From assembly GCA_963808625.1 (NCBI GenBank), contig CAWEHK010000018.1, forward strand, positions 1 to 64,000: DNA of 64,000 nucleotides, in the 5' to 3' direction. Shown piece by piece: positions 11,230 through 23,454 of the stretch. The stretch is from an uncultured delta proteobacterium. Its GTDB lineage: Bacteria > Desulfobacterota > Syntrophobacteria > Syntrophobacterales > Syntrophobacteraceae. The position numbers were made by a program, and so were the translations under genes. The notes beneath the pieces were generated by a model. It was not told the origin of the DNA and searched no databases. It was given only the letters and a program-made list of their open reading frames with translations. How positions within the stretch are numbered: position 1 is the first letter of the stretch; each line of letters begins with the position of its first letter.

Positions 11230-11285
11230 AGCGGACAATCACATCTTTAAATATTATCTCTAACCTTCATGAAGAGGAGACGACA

Positions 11286-11596
11286 ATGGACATGAATCGA
11301 AGAAGCAAAGACTTCCCGAAAACAGATCGGTATTCGGTTTCTCTACACCCTGCTCTACCTGATTGTCCTGGAAGTCATCAAAATGGTCGTTCAGGTTACC
11401 GTTATTCTGCAGTTCATTTACCTGTCTGATCACCCAGAAGTACAGCGAACCGCTGCGGAACTTTTCCAATAAGCTCGCCGCTTATGCCTACAAGGTCATC
11501 CGCTACGCCACGCTCAACGAGAACTTCCGGCCTTTTCCTTTCAACGATTTCCCGGCGGAGATGGAAAAACCGGAAGACCGGGTCCAGTTCGGTTAG
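11286..11596 (+). CDS. DUF4389-family small membrane protein, frameshifted
   Basis: RFLYTLLYLIVLEVIKMVV..LQFIYL..LRNFSNKLAAYAYKVIRYATLNENFRPFPFND. Confidence 0.7.
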
Positions 11597-11785
11597 CGGC
11601 TGTGAAAGTGCTCCGAGATCAGTTCAGGATCAGTGGTTGCGCTTAGTTCCGTGGTTCGTGATGCCACGCGAATGCCAGTGCCATTTAGTCGAGTTGTGCT
11701 GGAATCGGAAAAGCTGCCGCAGAGCCATCGCTCCGACGGAGTGCGATAGCTGGCCGGGAGGCTTGAGGTGGTGATTTCCGGCTGA

Positions 11786-12302
11786 TCACCAAGGGTGGTA
11801 TCTAGAGATCTTGAATCCTGGGTGATTTCGGTCAGTCCGGAGCCAGGCTCGCAAGCCTTGCCTGCTGGCTTTCGCCATGGGCGGCAGGGTGATGAGGCGG
11901 TGGTCGTCGTCCAGGAACTCAAAGCTGATGTCCCAACGTTTCTCGGGCAGCAGCCCACCCATACGATCGGGCCATTCAATGACGGCTACGCCATTTCCGA
12001 AGATCATTTCCCGCCAGGGGAGCGTTTCCAACTCCTCGAGCGTCGCCAACCGGTAAAGATCCAGGTGATAAAGCCTTAAGCGACCTTCATATTCATTGAT
12101 AATGGTGAAGGTCGGGCTGGTGATGCGGACCTGTTGCGGCACTCCCATGCCCCGCGCAATCCCGCGGGCAAAGAGCGTTTTGCCGGAACCGAGCTCACCC
12201 CAGAGGGCCAGCACGTCACCGGCCTCAACCTGCTCGCCAATCCTGGCACCAAGCCTCAGGCTGCAGCTTCTCGTTTGGCGAGGTGAGCTTCACGGATTGC
12301 AT
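11786..12302 (-). CDS. tsaE: tRNA threonylcarbamoyladenosine biosynthesis ATPase TsaE (frameshift near 5' end)
   Basis: LALWGELGSGKTLF, ITSPTFTIINEY, HLDLYRL, IEWPDR. Confidence 0.92.
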
Positions 12303-12384
12303 GTGAACTTCGTCCTGCGGCCTATGCGTTATTTGTTGCGAAAAGTTCCGGTTTGGGATTCGATTGCGTGTTACTCCGGCCTTT

Positions 12385-14027
12385 TCATGATTCAGAATTC
12401 GTCAATGATAGGAAGTACAGTGCTCGCAAGCCCCGGGAGATAAGTTTCAACGGATTTGCATGACGACCCTGCAAGCCTTCCAGCCGGCCAATCACATGGG
12501 GAGTCCGTTCCGCAACATCCGAAGCCAGCAGACCTCGGCTGGCCACGCCACCGCATGCAACAATCCGCCGCCGCACCATGAATGTAAACACCCAAACAGG
12601 CCGCTTCGAAAGGTTCATAACCCCTGCCCCAGAAAACCCGCGATCATTCCGGTCAGCACATCTCCCATGCCGCCACTGGCCATGGCCGGGTTCCCGGAAC
12701 TGTTGATGGCTAATCTTCCATCCGGAGCCGCAATCACCGTCCGATGCCCCTTCAGGACCAGGGTTACCCCATGCTCCCGGCTGAATTGCGCGGCGACCTC
12801 GAGCCGATTCTCCTGCACTTCCCGATTTGAACCATGGATGAGCCGAGCCATTTCGCCGGGATGCGGCGTCAGAATCACGGGTGAGGAAGCCTTCTGAAGC
12901 AATTCGAGATGGTCCGTCAGGGCCGTGAGCGCATCGGCATCCAGGACCATCGGACATGGAGCTTGACGCAGCAGGGCCCGCACCAGTTCCTGAGTTTCCG
13001 GGTGCAGCGAGACGCCCGGCCCCATCGCCAGGGCCTGCTTTCCCTCCAGGAACTCCAGGATCTCTGGGAGCGCCGCCAGGCCTGGGGTTTGCTCCGCAGT
13101 CTCGGCGATAGGATAGGTCATGGCTTCTGTCAGTTTGACTTCCAGGATGGGATTCAGACTGCCGGGAATGAAGAGCGTCACCAGTCCTGCGCCAACCCGC
13201 CCTGCCCCCAGGCAGATGAGCGTTGCCGCCCCGGTCTTTCCGACGGAGCCTGAAAGCACGGCCACGTGGCCGGCGGTGCCCTTATGGCTCTCGGCAGGTC
13301 GCGGCTGCAACCACCCGGAGGCAAGCTCTTCATCCAGCCAAAAGCGCCTGATACCGTTTGCTTCGGCAAGGCCACGGCGGAATCCCGATATCGACCACGT
13401 GGAGCTTCCCCACATAATCTTCACCGGGGGTGACCACATGACCCACTTTGAGAAACCCGAAAGTGGCCGTGGCCTGCGCCCGAACGGCTGCTCCAAGGGG
13501 TTTTCCGGTGCTGGCATCAAGCCCCGACGGGACATCCACCGCGAGCACTGGCACGGTAAGCGTATTCAGGGCTTCGATGACTGCTCGATAAAGCCCCTGC
13601 ACTTCACTTTTCAAGCCGGTTCCCAGGATGGCATCAATGACCGCATCACTTTGCGCAATCCATTCGCCATTGACTGCTGAAATCCTTCCCTTCATCCCAC
13701 ACGACCACCGGGACACGCAGTTTTTCCAGAATGCGAAAATTGGTGAGGGCATCTCCCTGAAGCCGATCAGGAGAGCGCAGGCATACCACGCGCACCGCAG
13801 CACCCTGGTTATGAAAGATCCTCGCGAGAACAAACCCATCTCCCGGCGTTATTTCCGGCCCCGGCGACGACGGCAATGCGGCGTTCCAAAAGATCGGGAA
13901 ACTCTCGAAGGAAGAAATCCGCTGCTCCCCGCGCCGCATTCTCCATGAGCACGATACCGGGGATGCCGATTTCTTCAATGGTTTGTCGGTCAAGCCGGGC
14001 CATTTCCGAAGCGGTCAGGATGAACAT
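12385..14027 (-). CDS. nnr: Bifunctional NAD(P)H-hydrate epimerase/dehydratase, frameshifted; 3' end approximate
   Basis: [72 protein letters not shown]. Confidence 0.92.
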
Positions 14028-14200
14028 GGCTTCCTCACGATCGTGAGAGTAAGATACAGAATAGTTCTCAATGAGCCCTAGCGCCTGTTTGAAACCCCCC
14101 AAAGCCACTGCGACCTCCAATCCTCCATCGCCCATCCCCATCCAAAATCCGAACATGTCACACGAAATCCGAAATCCGCCATCCGACACCCGCATCCGTT

Positions 14201-14584
14201 TCAAGTTTCCAAAATCACCACGGCCGCGCCATATTCGCCGTCGTCCGTCAGACTCAAATGCCAGGATCGAATCCCAAGATTATTGCAGAACTCGAGAGCG
14301 CGCGCGAGAAAGGGCAATCTCGGGTTTTCCGAGGTCATCGTTTTGCACCTCGATGTCACTCCAGAGGATGGGTGAACGCATGCCCCTTCCCAGGGCTTTG
14401 ACAAAAGCTTCTTTGGCCGCAAAGCGCATGGCCAGGCACGCGACCTGCTTCCTTCTGCCCGGCGCAGGCCGCCAGTTCCGCGGACGTGAAGACACGCCGG
14501 GTAAAACGTTCTCCCCAACGGGTCATGGCCTCGCCCAGCCGACCGACTCCGGACCAGGTCAATGCCTATTCCGTAAACGGCCAT
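14201..14584 (-). CDS. acpS: Holo-[acyl-carrier-protein] synthase, frameshifted
   Basis: [39 protein letters not shown]. Confidence 0.92.
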   Translation of the reverse strand: MAVYGIGIDLVRSRSAGRGHDPLGRTFYPACLHVRGTGGLRRAEGSRSRAWPCALRPKKLLSKPWEGACVHPSSGVTSRCKTMTSENPRLPFLARALEFCNNLGIRSWHLSLTDDGEYGAAVVILET

Positions 14585-14585
14585 T

Positions 14586-15302
14586 TCAACCGTTCACCAG
14601 CGCAATCATTTCCCGCACCGCCCGCTCCATCCCAACCAGGACCGCGCGGGCAATGATGGCATGGCCGATACTGAATTCTTCGATTTCAGCAATCTTTCTG
14701 AGCCAGAGCACGTTGCGATAATCCACTCCGTGGCCCGCATGCACGCCCAATCCCAGTTTGCGGGAGAGTTTCGCGGCCGTCAGGACCCGCTCAAATTCCT
14801 CCTGACGTTCTGCAAACGTAGCGGCATCCGCAAAGGTTCCCGTGTGAATTTCCACGTAGTCCGCTTCCAGCCGGTGAGCAGTCTTGATCTGGTCGGGATC
14901 GGCATTGATGAAGAGACTCACCGCGATATTGCCGTCATGGAGGATCTTGATGGCGCCTTTGAGAGACTCCTCAAAGAGCACCACATCCAGGCCGCCTTCC
15001 GTCGTCAATTCCTGGCGTTTTTCCGGAACCAGGGTCACGACATCGGGTTTGATGCCGAGGGCGATTTTGACCATCTCTTCGGTTGCGGCCATTTCCAGGT
15101 TGAGTTTCGTCTTCACCGTCCGGCGCAACACCTCCACATCCCGATCCTGGATATGGCGACGATCTTCCCGGAGATGCACCACGATCCCCTGGGCCCCCGC
15201 AAGTTCCGCCAGGGCTGCCGCAGTAACGGGGTCCGGCTCAATTACCTTGCGGGCCTGCCTTACAGTAGCCACATGATCGACATTGATCGCCACTCGAGCC
15301 AC
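14586..15302 (-). CDS. pdxJ: Pyridoxine 5'-phosphate synthase
   Basis: NVDHVATVRQAR, HLREDRRHIQ, LVPEKRQELTTEGGL, IEIHTG-like YVEIHTG, IGHAIIARA. Confidence 0.97.
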   Translation of the reverse strand: MARVAINVDHVATVRQARKVIEPDPVTAAALAELAGAQGIVVHLREDRRHIQDRDVEVLRRTVKTKLNLEMAATEEMVKIALGIKPDVVTLVPEKRQELTTEGGLDVVLFEESLKGAIKILHDGNIAVSLFINADPDQIKTAHRLEADYVEIHTGTFADAATFAERQEEFERVLTAAKLSRKLGLGVHAGHGVDYRNVLWLRKIAEIEEFSIGHAIIARAVLVGMERAVREMIALVNG

Positions 15303-15324
15303 TTCTTCTCCTTTTGATAGCCCG

Positions 15325-15560
15325 GAGTAAGGAGTAGGCAGAAGCAGTAGGGAGCAAAAGCAGCGCAGTCGAGGCTATCTTGGCGATAACGCAGCCGGCA
15401 TGAGCGGCAGCCTCTCGCCCGACACTCATTTCACGCTATGCCCTCGTCCCCACCCCTCCTCACTGCCTGCTCCCTGCCTATCTAGTCTTACTCCTACTCC
15501 TACTCTACTCCTACTCCCTACTCCTTACTCATTACTCCTTACTCCTACTCATCACTCATC
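15325..15560. repeat. Degenerate short tandem repeats (CTACTC/CTCCTA) with a complementary GAGTAG-type tract upstream
   Basis: ~15485-15555 ctcctactcctactctactcctactccc...; 15325-15355 gagtaaggagtaggcagaagcagtaggga. Confidence 0.7.
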
Positions 15561-16052
15561 ACTTTTCGCCAAATACCACTCGAAGCCTTCCCGAGAATGC
15601 CCGAGCATCCCCAGAAGTTCCAGGGTCTTTTCGTCCATCCGGCAGGCTTCTTCCTCACTGCGCTCATGATCATAGCCGACCAGGTGCAGGATCCCATGCA
15701 CGAGCAGCAGGTCCATGACCATGGCCAGCGAGCACTGGTGATGGCGGCTCATGCCCCGAGCCGTAGGAGCAGAGATCACCACATCACCAAGAAGCTCGGG
15801 GAAGACATCGCCGCATTCGCCTTCGAGCATGGGAAAGGCAAGCACATCGGTGCTCGCGTTCACCTGCCGATACTGCATGTTGAAGCGCATCATTTCCTCA
15901 TCATCCACAATGAGGATGCTTAGCTCCGTATCAGTGAATCCCAAGCCGTTTAAGATCTCCGCGGCTGCTTTCTTGATGCGCCGCCGGCTTATCCCGATCC
16001 GGCCTGGGTTCACGCTGAGCCGAATCACCGGCATCTGCTTTGCTCTTTCCAT
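15552..16052 (-). CDS. ybeY: rRNA maturation endoribonuclease YbeY (start uncertain)
   Basis: [26 protein letters not shown]. Confidence 0.93.
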   Translation of the reverse strand: MERAKQMPVIRLSVNPGRIGISRRRIKKAAAEILNGLGFTDTELSILIVDDEEMMRFNMQYRQVNASTDVLAFPMLEGECGDVFPELLGDVVISAPTARGMSRHHQCSLAMVMDLLLVHGILHLVGYDHERSEEEACRMDEKTLELLGMLGHSREGFEWYLAKSDE

Positions 16053-18414
16053 TGGGGGAGACGTTCGGATATTCAATCCTGCGGTGATGCACCGTGGCCA
16101 AAATCTGGTTGAAATGCTTGGCAATATGATGAAGGTCCTTGAGGGTGAGTTCACACTGCCCCAGTTGGCCGTCACTGAAGACATTATTGATCAACCGATT
16201 GATCATCCCCTGGATTCTTGCCGGAGTCGGGTCGTTGAGCGAGCGGCAGGCCGCCTCGACCACATCTGCCAGCATCACCAGGCCGGCTTCCTTGGTCTGG
16301 GGTTTGGGGCCGGGATAACGATAATCGTCAACGTCGATGGGAGGCAATTCAGAGCCCTTCGAGGTGCGGGTCTTCTGGCGAGCCTCCTGGGCTTTCATGT
16401 AAAAGAAGGAAATGAGACTCGTGCCGTGGTGCTGACTGATAATATCGATGATGGTTTTGCCCAGGCGGTGCTGTTTGGCCAGTTCGACTCCCTCTTTGAC
16501 ATGGGCGATGAGAATCAGACTACTCATCGAAGGGGCCAGCTTTTGATGGCGATTTTCACAGTCCAATTGGTTTTCGATGAAATACACCGGTTTCTTGATC
16601 TTGCCGATATCATGATAATAGGCGGCGACCTTGGCCAGCAGTGAATTGGCGCCGATGGACTTGGCCGCCGTCTCCACCATGTTGCCGACGATGATGCTGT
16701 GGTGGTAGGTCCCCGGCGCCTGCATCATCAATTCCTGAAGCAGGGGTTGATCCATGGTGACCAACTCAAGCAGTTTAATGTCGGTCGTGTAGCCGAATAC
16801 CATTTCCACCAGGGGGGTGAACCCCGTAACCAGAATGCCGGCCATGACCCCGCCAAAAAAGCCGAAAAAGACATTGGTCACCACGTGAAAAAACGCCCAC
16901 TGGTCTTGCAGCAGCGTACCCAGCACAATCAGCGCGGCATTGCTGCAGCCAACCAGCAGGCCGGCCTTGATCGGGACGATGCGGTTCCGGCAGGGACAGA
17001 CCCCGTGAGCGGCAACGAACGACCCAATCAGGAAATAGAGAAAAAGGCCAAGGTCCTTGCCGAAGAGGAACCCGGAAAAGAGGCAGAGGAGCAAAGAAAA
17101 GGTCAGCGACAGCGGAATCCCAAAGAAGATACACGCAATCATCCCCCCTGCGCTCAGGGGGCTGGCATAAATAAGGGTTTTCCCCGAGAGGCTGGTGGCA
17201 GCGCTCCCGATGCTTTCTCCAACCCACATGTTGAAGCTGCCAATGCCAAGCATAAGGATGAGCACGATGCCCAAAAATAGAAAATCCTTGCTCTCCATTC
17301 GCTGGGAAGGAAAATGCTGGACGGCGACATGGGCAAACACCCAGATGCACAGACCGCTGAGCAGAAACAGCGTAGCGAAGACGAGGAAACGATGGCCGTA
17401 AGACTTCCCCTGCTCCTGGCCTCGCAACTTGAGCAGTTCCTCCGGCCCGATGCGCTGTCCCTCGCGGACCAGCATTTCATTTCTCATGACCTGAAGGTAA
17501 ACCGGTTTGACCGAGGCGTAAGCCTCTTTTCGGCGCTGCTCCGTTTCCTGCAGATTGAATAGCAGGTTGGGCTGCAAGAACTGGGAAGTCAAGAAGACGA
17601 TGGCGATGATTTCGCCGGGATCTCCTCGATCCTCCAGGGCATGAACCTTCATCAGCTTACGAGCTTCCTCCAGGTCCTGAAAGGCGTGCGGAGGCGTCGA
17701 CAGAAATTCCTCCCGGGAGGGCACTTTGCGGACCAGGAGATTTTCTCCCTGGGCCTCCGGAAGCCTTGATTTGTCGGAGACAACCCCCTCTCCAAGGGCC
17801 CCTTTCAGCAGTTGCGTGATGCGGTCCTGGAGATGCTTACTGAATTGTTTTTCATGGAGAACGGAAAACACTGGGTCAGAAACCTGGAAACCCAGGAGGG
17901 CTTCGAATTCCTTTTTCTTCCGGGAGAGTTGCTCTGTGGGAGCACTTGCTTCGGGAAATCCTTGCTGCGGATAGCCCGGAGAGGAGGACACGGCCTGTCG
18001 CCCCTCTTGATTTGCAGAGTTTTGAGGGTGGTCGTCAGGCATGTCTTGCCGCATCGCCTGAAAGGCTGCCTCCAGTCTTTCCTGGATACGCTGCGCAACG
18101 GTCTCGTCCAGATCGTAGACCACCGCGGCCTGCCTCACTGCTTCTTCGCGCTTCTTCGCGGTGGCCTCCCGGTCTTCAATGAGGAAATCCCGTTTCGCCT
18201 TGATATTCTGATCGGCAATATCACCCAGTTGATAGAACGGGGTTTCCATGACAAAAGAGGGAGTGAGGAGGAGGGAGACGGCGAGACTGAATCCGGCCAG
18301 GATAAGGAGCTTTTGCACGGTGGTCTGGCGGAGAGCTGCCGGGATGCGGCTCTTGCCGTGCGCGGCTTTTGCCTTGTTCTTTGGTTTTTCGGGTTCTCGT
18401 TTCTCCTTATCCAT
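15931..18414 (-). CDS. 7TM-HD (HDIG) phosphohydrolase, PgpH-like
   Basis: Extracellular domain, several TM helices, [40 protein letters not shown]; phoH-7TMHD-ybeY synteny. Confidence 0.92.
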   Translation of the reverse strand: MDKEKREPEKPKNKAKAAHGKSRIPAALRQTTVQKLLILAGFSLAVSLLLTPSFVMETPFYQLGDIADQNIKAKRDFLIEDREATAKKREEAVRQAAVVYDLDETVAQRIQERLEAAFQAMRQDMPDDHPQNSANQEGRQAVSSSPGYPQQGFPEASAPTEQLSRKKKEFEALLGFQVSDPVFSVLHEKQFSKHLQDRITQLLKGALGEGVVSDKSRLPEAQGENLLVRKVPSREEFLSTPPHAFQDLEEARKLMKVHALEDRGDPGEIIAIVFLTSQFLQPNLLFNLQETEQRRKEAYASVKPVYLQVMRNEMLVREGQRIGPEELLKLRGQEQGKSYGHRFLVFATLFLLSGLCIWVFAHVAVQHFPSQRMESKDFLFLGIVLILMLGIGSFNMWVGESIGSAATSLSGKTLIYASPLSAGGMIACIFFGIPLSLTFSLLLCLFSGFLFGKDLGLFLYFLIGSFVAAHGVCPCRNRIVPIKAGLLVGCSNAALIVLGTLLQDQWAFFHVVTNVFFGFFGGVMAGILVTGFTPLVEMVFGYTTDIKLLELVTMDQPLLQELMMQAPGTYHHSIIVGNMVETAAKSIGANSLLAKVAAYYHDIGKIKKPVYFIENQLDCENRHQKLAPSMSSLILIAHVKEGVELAKQHRLGKTIIDIISQHHGTSLISFFYMKAQEARQKTRTSKGSELPPIDVDDYRYPGPKPQTKEAGLVMLADVVEAACRSLNDPTPARIQGMINRLINNVFSDGQLGQCELTLKDLHHIAKHFNQILATVHHRRIEYPNVSPNGKSKADAGDSAQREPRPDRDKPAAHQESSRGDLKRLGIH

Positions 18415-18419
18415 ACGCG

Positions 18420-19440
18420 CTAATTCTCTGTGACCGGACTGGTGGTCCGCGACTTGCGCTCTTCTGCACGTTCGTAGGCCAGAATGATTTCCTGCACGAG
18501 CCGGTGCCTCACGACATCACGGTTGGTGAAATAGACAAAACGAATATCGCGAATCCCTTTGAGCAACTGGATTGCTTCCACAAGCCCCGAGGTCTTGTTT
18601 TCGGGAAGATCAATCTGAGTAATATCGCCGGTAATCACCGCCTTCGAGCCCAGACCAAGCCGGGTGAGAAACATCTTCATCTGCTCGCTGGTGGTGTTTT
18701 GGGCCTCATCCAAAATGACAAACGAATCATTGAGTGTGCGGCCGCGCATAAAGGCCAGCGGGGCCACTTCAATGGCGCCGCGCTGGAGCAGACCGGAAGC
18801 CTTTTCGTAATCCATCATATCGTGGAGGGCATCATAAAGAGGGCGCAGGTAAGGGTTGACCTTCTCGGCCAGATCGCCCGGCAGGAACCCCAGTTTCTCA
18901 CCGGCTTCGACCGCCGGGACGCACCAGCACGATGCGGCGCACCTGCTCCTTGGTCATGGCGGCAACCGCCATCGCCATGGCAAGGTACGTCTTGCCGGTG
19001 CCCGCCGGACCAATCCCAAACACGACGTCGAAGTGGCGGATGGCCTCGATATATTCCTTCTGCCTGACACTTTTCGGGGAGATGGTCCTTTTGTTGGAGG
19101 CAATGAAGACGTGATCGAGGAAAATATCTTTCAAGCTGCGTTGAAGGTTCTCGCTGAGGATGCGGATGGCGTATACAATGTCACTGTCATAGACCGGATA
19201 TCCCTTTTGAATCAGCTCAGCAAGCTCTTTTAGCAGGCGTTCGGCCAGTTCCACGTGGGGCTCATCCCCGGCAATGCTAAACTGGTTTCCCCGCAGATGA
19301 ATCCGCACGTCCAGCTGTTTTTCAATGATTTTGAGATGGCTGTTCCGTTCTCCTGCAAGCTGTTGAACCAACTGGTTCTCTTCAAAAGAGAGCTGCGCTG
19401 CGGCTCCTTCGAGTTTGTCTCGTACGGGTAATTGGGTCAA
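18420..19440 (-). CDS. phoH: PhoH-family ATPase (frameshift ~18915)
   Basis: [45 protein letters not shown]. Confidence 0.95.
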
Positions 19441-19663
19441 GGTCTGGGAAGTCCTCTCAATACAGGATCAAGATCTGACTTCAACTTGCCACCCTTTTTC
19501 GCAAGCGAGCATATCTTTATCATGCCGGTCATCCTGTGGCAATACTCTCTTTAGCCGAGCGCAAAAGCCTAAAATCATTAAAATTCAATATAATCGCTCA
19601 GCATTTCAAGAGCTCCGTTCGACCCGGCACGGCCCCTGATTCAAACCAGCGAAAAAACACGGA

Positions 19664-20074
19664 TCAATTTCCATCGTTTCGCACGATCGTCCCAAGCTGC
19701 TTTCTCAGATGTTCGAGATTGCGTTTCAATTCCCCTATTTTTGCCTCAAGCACCGGCTCTGCCTGTTCCGGGTTCTTCAGCCATTCACCAAGTTCCTTAT
19801 CGCTGATCACTTCAAAGAATGGTTTCCAGAGGTCCATGTGCACTTCGGCCAAAACCGGATAGATGGCGTCATCGCCGGTTTCCTCCGGAGCGAGGACGTC
19901 CCCGAACAAGGTATCCTGGATGATCCCCGCGATGTGGGGCTTGTGCTTCTCAAATGCCAGCTCGAGGGCCATCGATTTCAAGCCGACAATTGTATTCAAC
20001 TTGCCATAAATCCCCAATTGCGCCCTGACCTGCTTTGCATCGAGAACCTCTGCCTCATCATGGCTAGAGTTCAT
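19664..20074 (-). CDS. Hypothetical protein
   Basis: 136-aa ORF with AGGAAAGG RBS-like sequence upstream. Confidence 0.65.
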   Translation of the reverse strand: MNSSHDEAEVLDAKQVRAQLGIYGKLNTIVGLKSMALELAFEKHKPHIAGIIQDTLFGDVLAPEETGDDAIYPVLAEVHMDLWKPFFEVISDKELGEWLKNPEQAEPVLEAKIGELKRNLEHLRKQLGTIVRNDGN

Positions 20075-20271
20075 AAACGCCCCTTTCCTGTGGTGAATCC
20101 TGGACCCGAAGGCCAGAAATCTTACCCTTGATACGCGATTTCTATTCCCTTAATAACCCTGCAAGCAGCCATGCTCTCTCCCTGGTTCTGCCAATGCATC
20201 ATGGAAGTAACTTTACACTACCCTGACCGTGGAAGTGTATAAATTATCAAGCGCGTACCTCCTCTGAAACG

Positions 20272-20441
20272 GTGTCTAAAGACCCTCAGTAAGTGGCTTT
20301 GTGATAATTGCCGAGTCGCATGCAAGACTCCAAAATCGTCATTCCCGCATGTTCTTGGCGGGAATCCAGGGTATTGTTTGTTCCCTGGAGCTCCGCCAAG
20401 AAGCATGCGGGGTGACGGCCGGAGGACCTTTTTAGACACAC
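20272..20441. repeat. Palindromic intergenic element with internal GTCATTCCCGC..GCGGGAATCCAG REP-like doublet
   Basis: Outer IR gtgtctaaa/tttagacac; inner hairpins at 20338-20416; related copy at ~43190-43337. Confidence 0.75.
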
Positions 20442-20511
20442 TCTGATAGACTCGCGTTTCAGGATTTGACATTGCCTGTCAGTGTGATAGGATCAGCTCG
20501 GTTTAATGGCA

Positions 20512-20592
20512 ACCGTTGGGGGTGCTCAGATTTCTGGGCTGAGAAAACACCCTTAAAACCTGATCTGGACAATACCAGCGTAGGGAAACGGT
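20512..20592 (+). ncRNA. TPP riboswitch aptamer
   Basis: accgtt-GGGGGTGC...GCTGAGA..ACACCCTT-AAACCTGATCTGGACAATACCAGCGTAGGGA-aacggt directly upstream of thiG. Confidence 0.95.
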
Positions 20593-20627
20593 GGCGCGTG
20601 ATGGGTGTTTTTCCATTCGCTCTCAAG

Positions 20628-20659
20628 ACCGTTTCCAGGATGCTGGAAACGGTTTTTTT
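20628..20659 (+). terminator. Intrinsic terminator of the TPP riboswitch expression platform
   Basis: ACCGTTTCCAG-gatg-CTGGAAACGGT followed by a T-run. Confidence 0.85.
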
Positions 20660-20680
20660 GTGGAGGAAGGCAAATATCCC

Positions 20681-21451
20681 ATGAGCGACCCATTGATGAT
20701 AGCAGGCCGTGTATTTCACTCCCGACTCCTGATGGGGACCGGAAAATTCGCTTCTCCGCACCTGATGAAGCAAGCCCTGGAGGCTTCGGGCGCGGAGATT
20801 GTGACCGTGGCGCTGCGCCGCGTGGAATTGGAGAACCCTCAGGACAGCATCCTGAGCCTCATTGACCCGAGCAGGTATCTGCTCCTGCCCAACACCTCCG
20901 GGGCGCGGGATGCGACCGAAGCGGTCAGGCTCGCGCGCATTGCCCGTGCCGCCGGGTGCGAACCCTGGGTTAAACTGGAAGTGACCCCCGATCCGCACCA
21001 CTTGCTGCCCGACCCGGTGGAAACCCTGAAGGCCGCGGAAATCCTCGTCAAGGAAGGATTTGTGGTGCTCCCTTACATCAATGCCGACCCCGTGCTTGCC
21101 AAGCGCCTCGAGGACGTGGGAACGGCCACGGTGATGCCGCTGGGGTCCGCGCATTGGCTCGAAGCAGGGTATACGAACCCGGGATGCCCTCGAGCTCATC
21201 ATCGAAAAAGCCCAGGTCCCGGTGGTGGTGGATGCCGGCCTGGGAGCTCCGTCCCACGCTGCCGAGGCGATGGAACTGGGCGCCGATGCCGTTTTGGTCA
21301 ACACCGCAGTGGCGGTGGCGGGAAACCCCGAAGCCATGGCGCAGGCGTTCAAGAAGGGCGTGGAAGCCGGACGCGAGGCGTTTTTGGCGGGTCTTGGCCG
21401 TCCTCAGCAAGGGCCTCCGCTTCAAGCCCGCTAACCGGATTTTTGAGGTGA
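20681..21451 (+). CDS. thiG: Thiazole synthase, frameshifted
   Basis: [57 protein letters not shown]. Confidence 0.95.
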   Translation: MSDPLMIAGRVFHSRLLMGTGKFASPHLMKQALEASGAEIVTVALRRVELENPQDSILSLIDPSRYLLLPNTSGARDATEAVRLARIARAAGCEPWVKLEVTPDPHHLLPDPVETLKAAEILVKEGFVVLPYINADPVLAKRLEDVGTATVMPLGSAHWLEAGYTNPGCPRAHHRKSPGPGGGGCRPGSSVPRCRGDGTGRRCRFGQHRSGGGGKPRSHGAGVQEGRGSRTRGVFGGSWPSSARASASSPLTGFLR

Positions 21452-21458
21452 GGGCCGC

Positions 21459-22586
21459 ATGGAATTCTACAACGAATTGAAGCAATACCCCTGGGATGAG
21501 ATCGAAAACCACATTGAGAGCCGCTCTGCAAGCGATGTGAAAAGGGCGATCGAGGCCCGAGCGATCAGCCTTGAGGACTTTCTAAGCCTCCTTTCTCCGG
21601 CCGCCGCGCCCTTCCTCGAAGCTATGGCCCAGCGCGCCCACCGGCTCACCGAACAGCGCTTCGGCAGAGTAATCAGCCTTTTCGCCCCTCTTTACCTTTC
21701 CAACGTGTGCTCGAACAGTTGCGTTTACTGTGGCTTTAACGTGCGCAACCCGGTCGCACGTCTGACCCTTACGCCGAGCAGGCAGCCGCGGAGGGCAAGG
21801 TCCTGCACGAGATGGGTTTTCGTCATCTCCTGCTGGTCTCCGGAGATTCGCCTCATCTTGTTACCATGGACTACTTGCGCGCCGTCTTGGAAAAGCTGCG
21901 CCCTCTGTTTGCTTCCCTTTCCATCGAGATCTTTCCCCTGGATACCGGCGCCTACAGGGAGCTTATCGGCCACGGTGTGGATGGCCTGACGGTTTTTCAG
22001 GAGACCTATAATGAGCATCGCTACCGTGATTTCCATCCCGCGGGAAGAAAGCGGGATTTCGCCTGGCGGCTGGGGACCCCGGAACGAGGCGGTGAAGCAG
22101 GATTCCGCAGGCTCGGCCTGGGCGCGCTTCTGGGACTCTGCAACTGGCGGGTGGAAGGCTTCTTCCTGGGGCTCCATGCCCGGCATCTCCTGCGCACTTT
22201 CTGGCAGTCCCAGATTGCCATTTCTTTCCCGCGTCTGCGGCCGGCGGCAGGGGCCTATGAGCCGCCGGCGCCGGTTTCCGACGCTCAGTTCGTGCAACTG
22301 CTGACGGCGCTGCGGCTGTTTCTACCCGACGCCGGCCTGGTGCTCTCGACGCGAGAATCCCCTTACTTCCGCGACCACCTGATTCCGGTCGGGGTGACCT
22401 CGATGAGCGCCGGTTCCCGGACCGAGCCCGGTGGCTACACCCAGGACCGCCACGCGGAGGCGCAGTTTGAAGTGGCGGATGAACGCCCGCCGCAGGTGGT
22501 CGCCGAGGTGATCCGCGCCGACGGGTTATGACCCCGTCTGGAAAGATTGGGACCCGGCTTTTCTTGAATACTCCCAAACAGGATAG
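21459..22586 (+). CDS. thiH: 2-iminoacetate synthase (radical SAM), frameshifted
   Basis: APLYLSNVCSNSCVYCGF, FQETY, ISFPRLRP, SAGSRTEPGGY, DPVWKDWD. Confidence 0.93.
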
Positions 22587-22595
22587 CAAAGCCTT

Positions 22596-22797
22596 ATGGA
22601 AATCACCGTAAACGGACAAAAGAAAAACTACGTCGGTCCACCGCTGGTTACCGGCCTTCTGGAATCCCTGGGCGTCAGCCCACGCGCGGTGGTGGTGGAG
22701 CGGAACCTCAGGATTGTGCCAAGGCTCGAATCTCGAGAATGAACCCATCCAGCATGGCGATTCCATTGAAATCATACGATTTGTGGGAGGGGGTTAG
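22596..22797 (+). CDS. thiS: Sulfur carrier protein ThiS (one frameshift; absent from ORF track)
   Basis: MEITVNG...VVVERN...GDSIEIIRFVGGG-stop. Confidence 0.9.
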
Positions 22798-23454
22798 ATG
22801 AACCGGGAAACCAGAAGGGCCAAATTCCTGGAAGTCGATATCTATCCCGTTACCTGCGAACGGCTTTCCGCGGGAAGGTCCAACCTCGAGGTCCTGCAGG
22901 CAGTCATCGCGGGAGGCGCCAGGATTATTCAACTGCGAGAGAAAGAATATTCCGGTAAAGATCTCTATCGCCTGGCCCGCAAATTTCGAGAAATCACCAA
23001 CATCGCGGGAGCCTTGCTGATCATCAATGATCATCTCGATATTGCCATGGCGGTTGCGGCTGACGGCGTCCACCTCGGGCAGGATGACCTGCCCGTGGCC
23101 GCGGCCAGGAGACTTGCCCCGGAACTGCTGATCGGAGCTTCCATCCATTCCCTGGAAGAGGCTCTGCAAGCCCAACAAGATGGCGCCGACTACGTGAACA
23201 TCGGCCCGATCTTCCCCACGAAAACGAAACCTGGAGTGACCCGTCATCTCGGGCCGGACGCTATCCCCACCATCGGGACCGGGATCCAGACGCCCTTTAC
23301 CGTGATGGGTGGCATTAACGAGTCCAATATCGATCAGGTTTTGGCCAAAGGTGCCCGGCGCATAGCGGTGGTGACGGCCATCACCCAGGCGCCCGATATC
23401 ACTGCAGCGGTAAGATCTTTGGGACAACGTATCAGGAGCTGCGATTCCGCCTGA
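22798..23454 (+). CDS. thiE: Thiamine-phosphate synthase
   Basis: IQLREK, IINDH, DGVHLGQDD, GPIFPTKTK, MGGI. Confidence 0.95.
   Translation: MNRETRRAKFLEVDIYPVTCERLSAGRSNLEVLQAVIAGGARIIQLREKEYSGKDLYRLARKFREITNIAGALLIINDHLDIAMAVAADGVHLGQDDLPVAAARRLAPELLIGASIHSLEEALQAQQDGADYVNIGPIFPTKTKPGVTRHLGPDAIPTIGTGIQTPFTVMGGINESNIDQVLAKGARRIAVVTAITQAPDITAAVRSLGQRIRSCDSA

Noticed and set aside
15455..15560. CRISPR array among the repeats here or at REP clusters
   Set aside because: No constant-length repeats with unique spacers and no cas genes.
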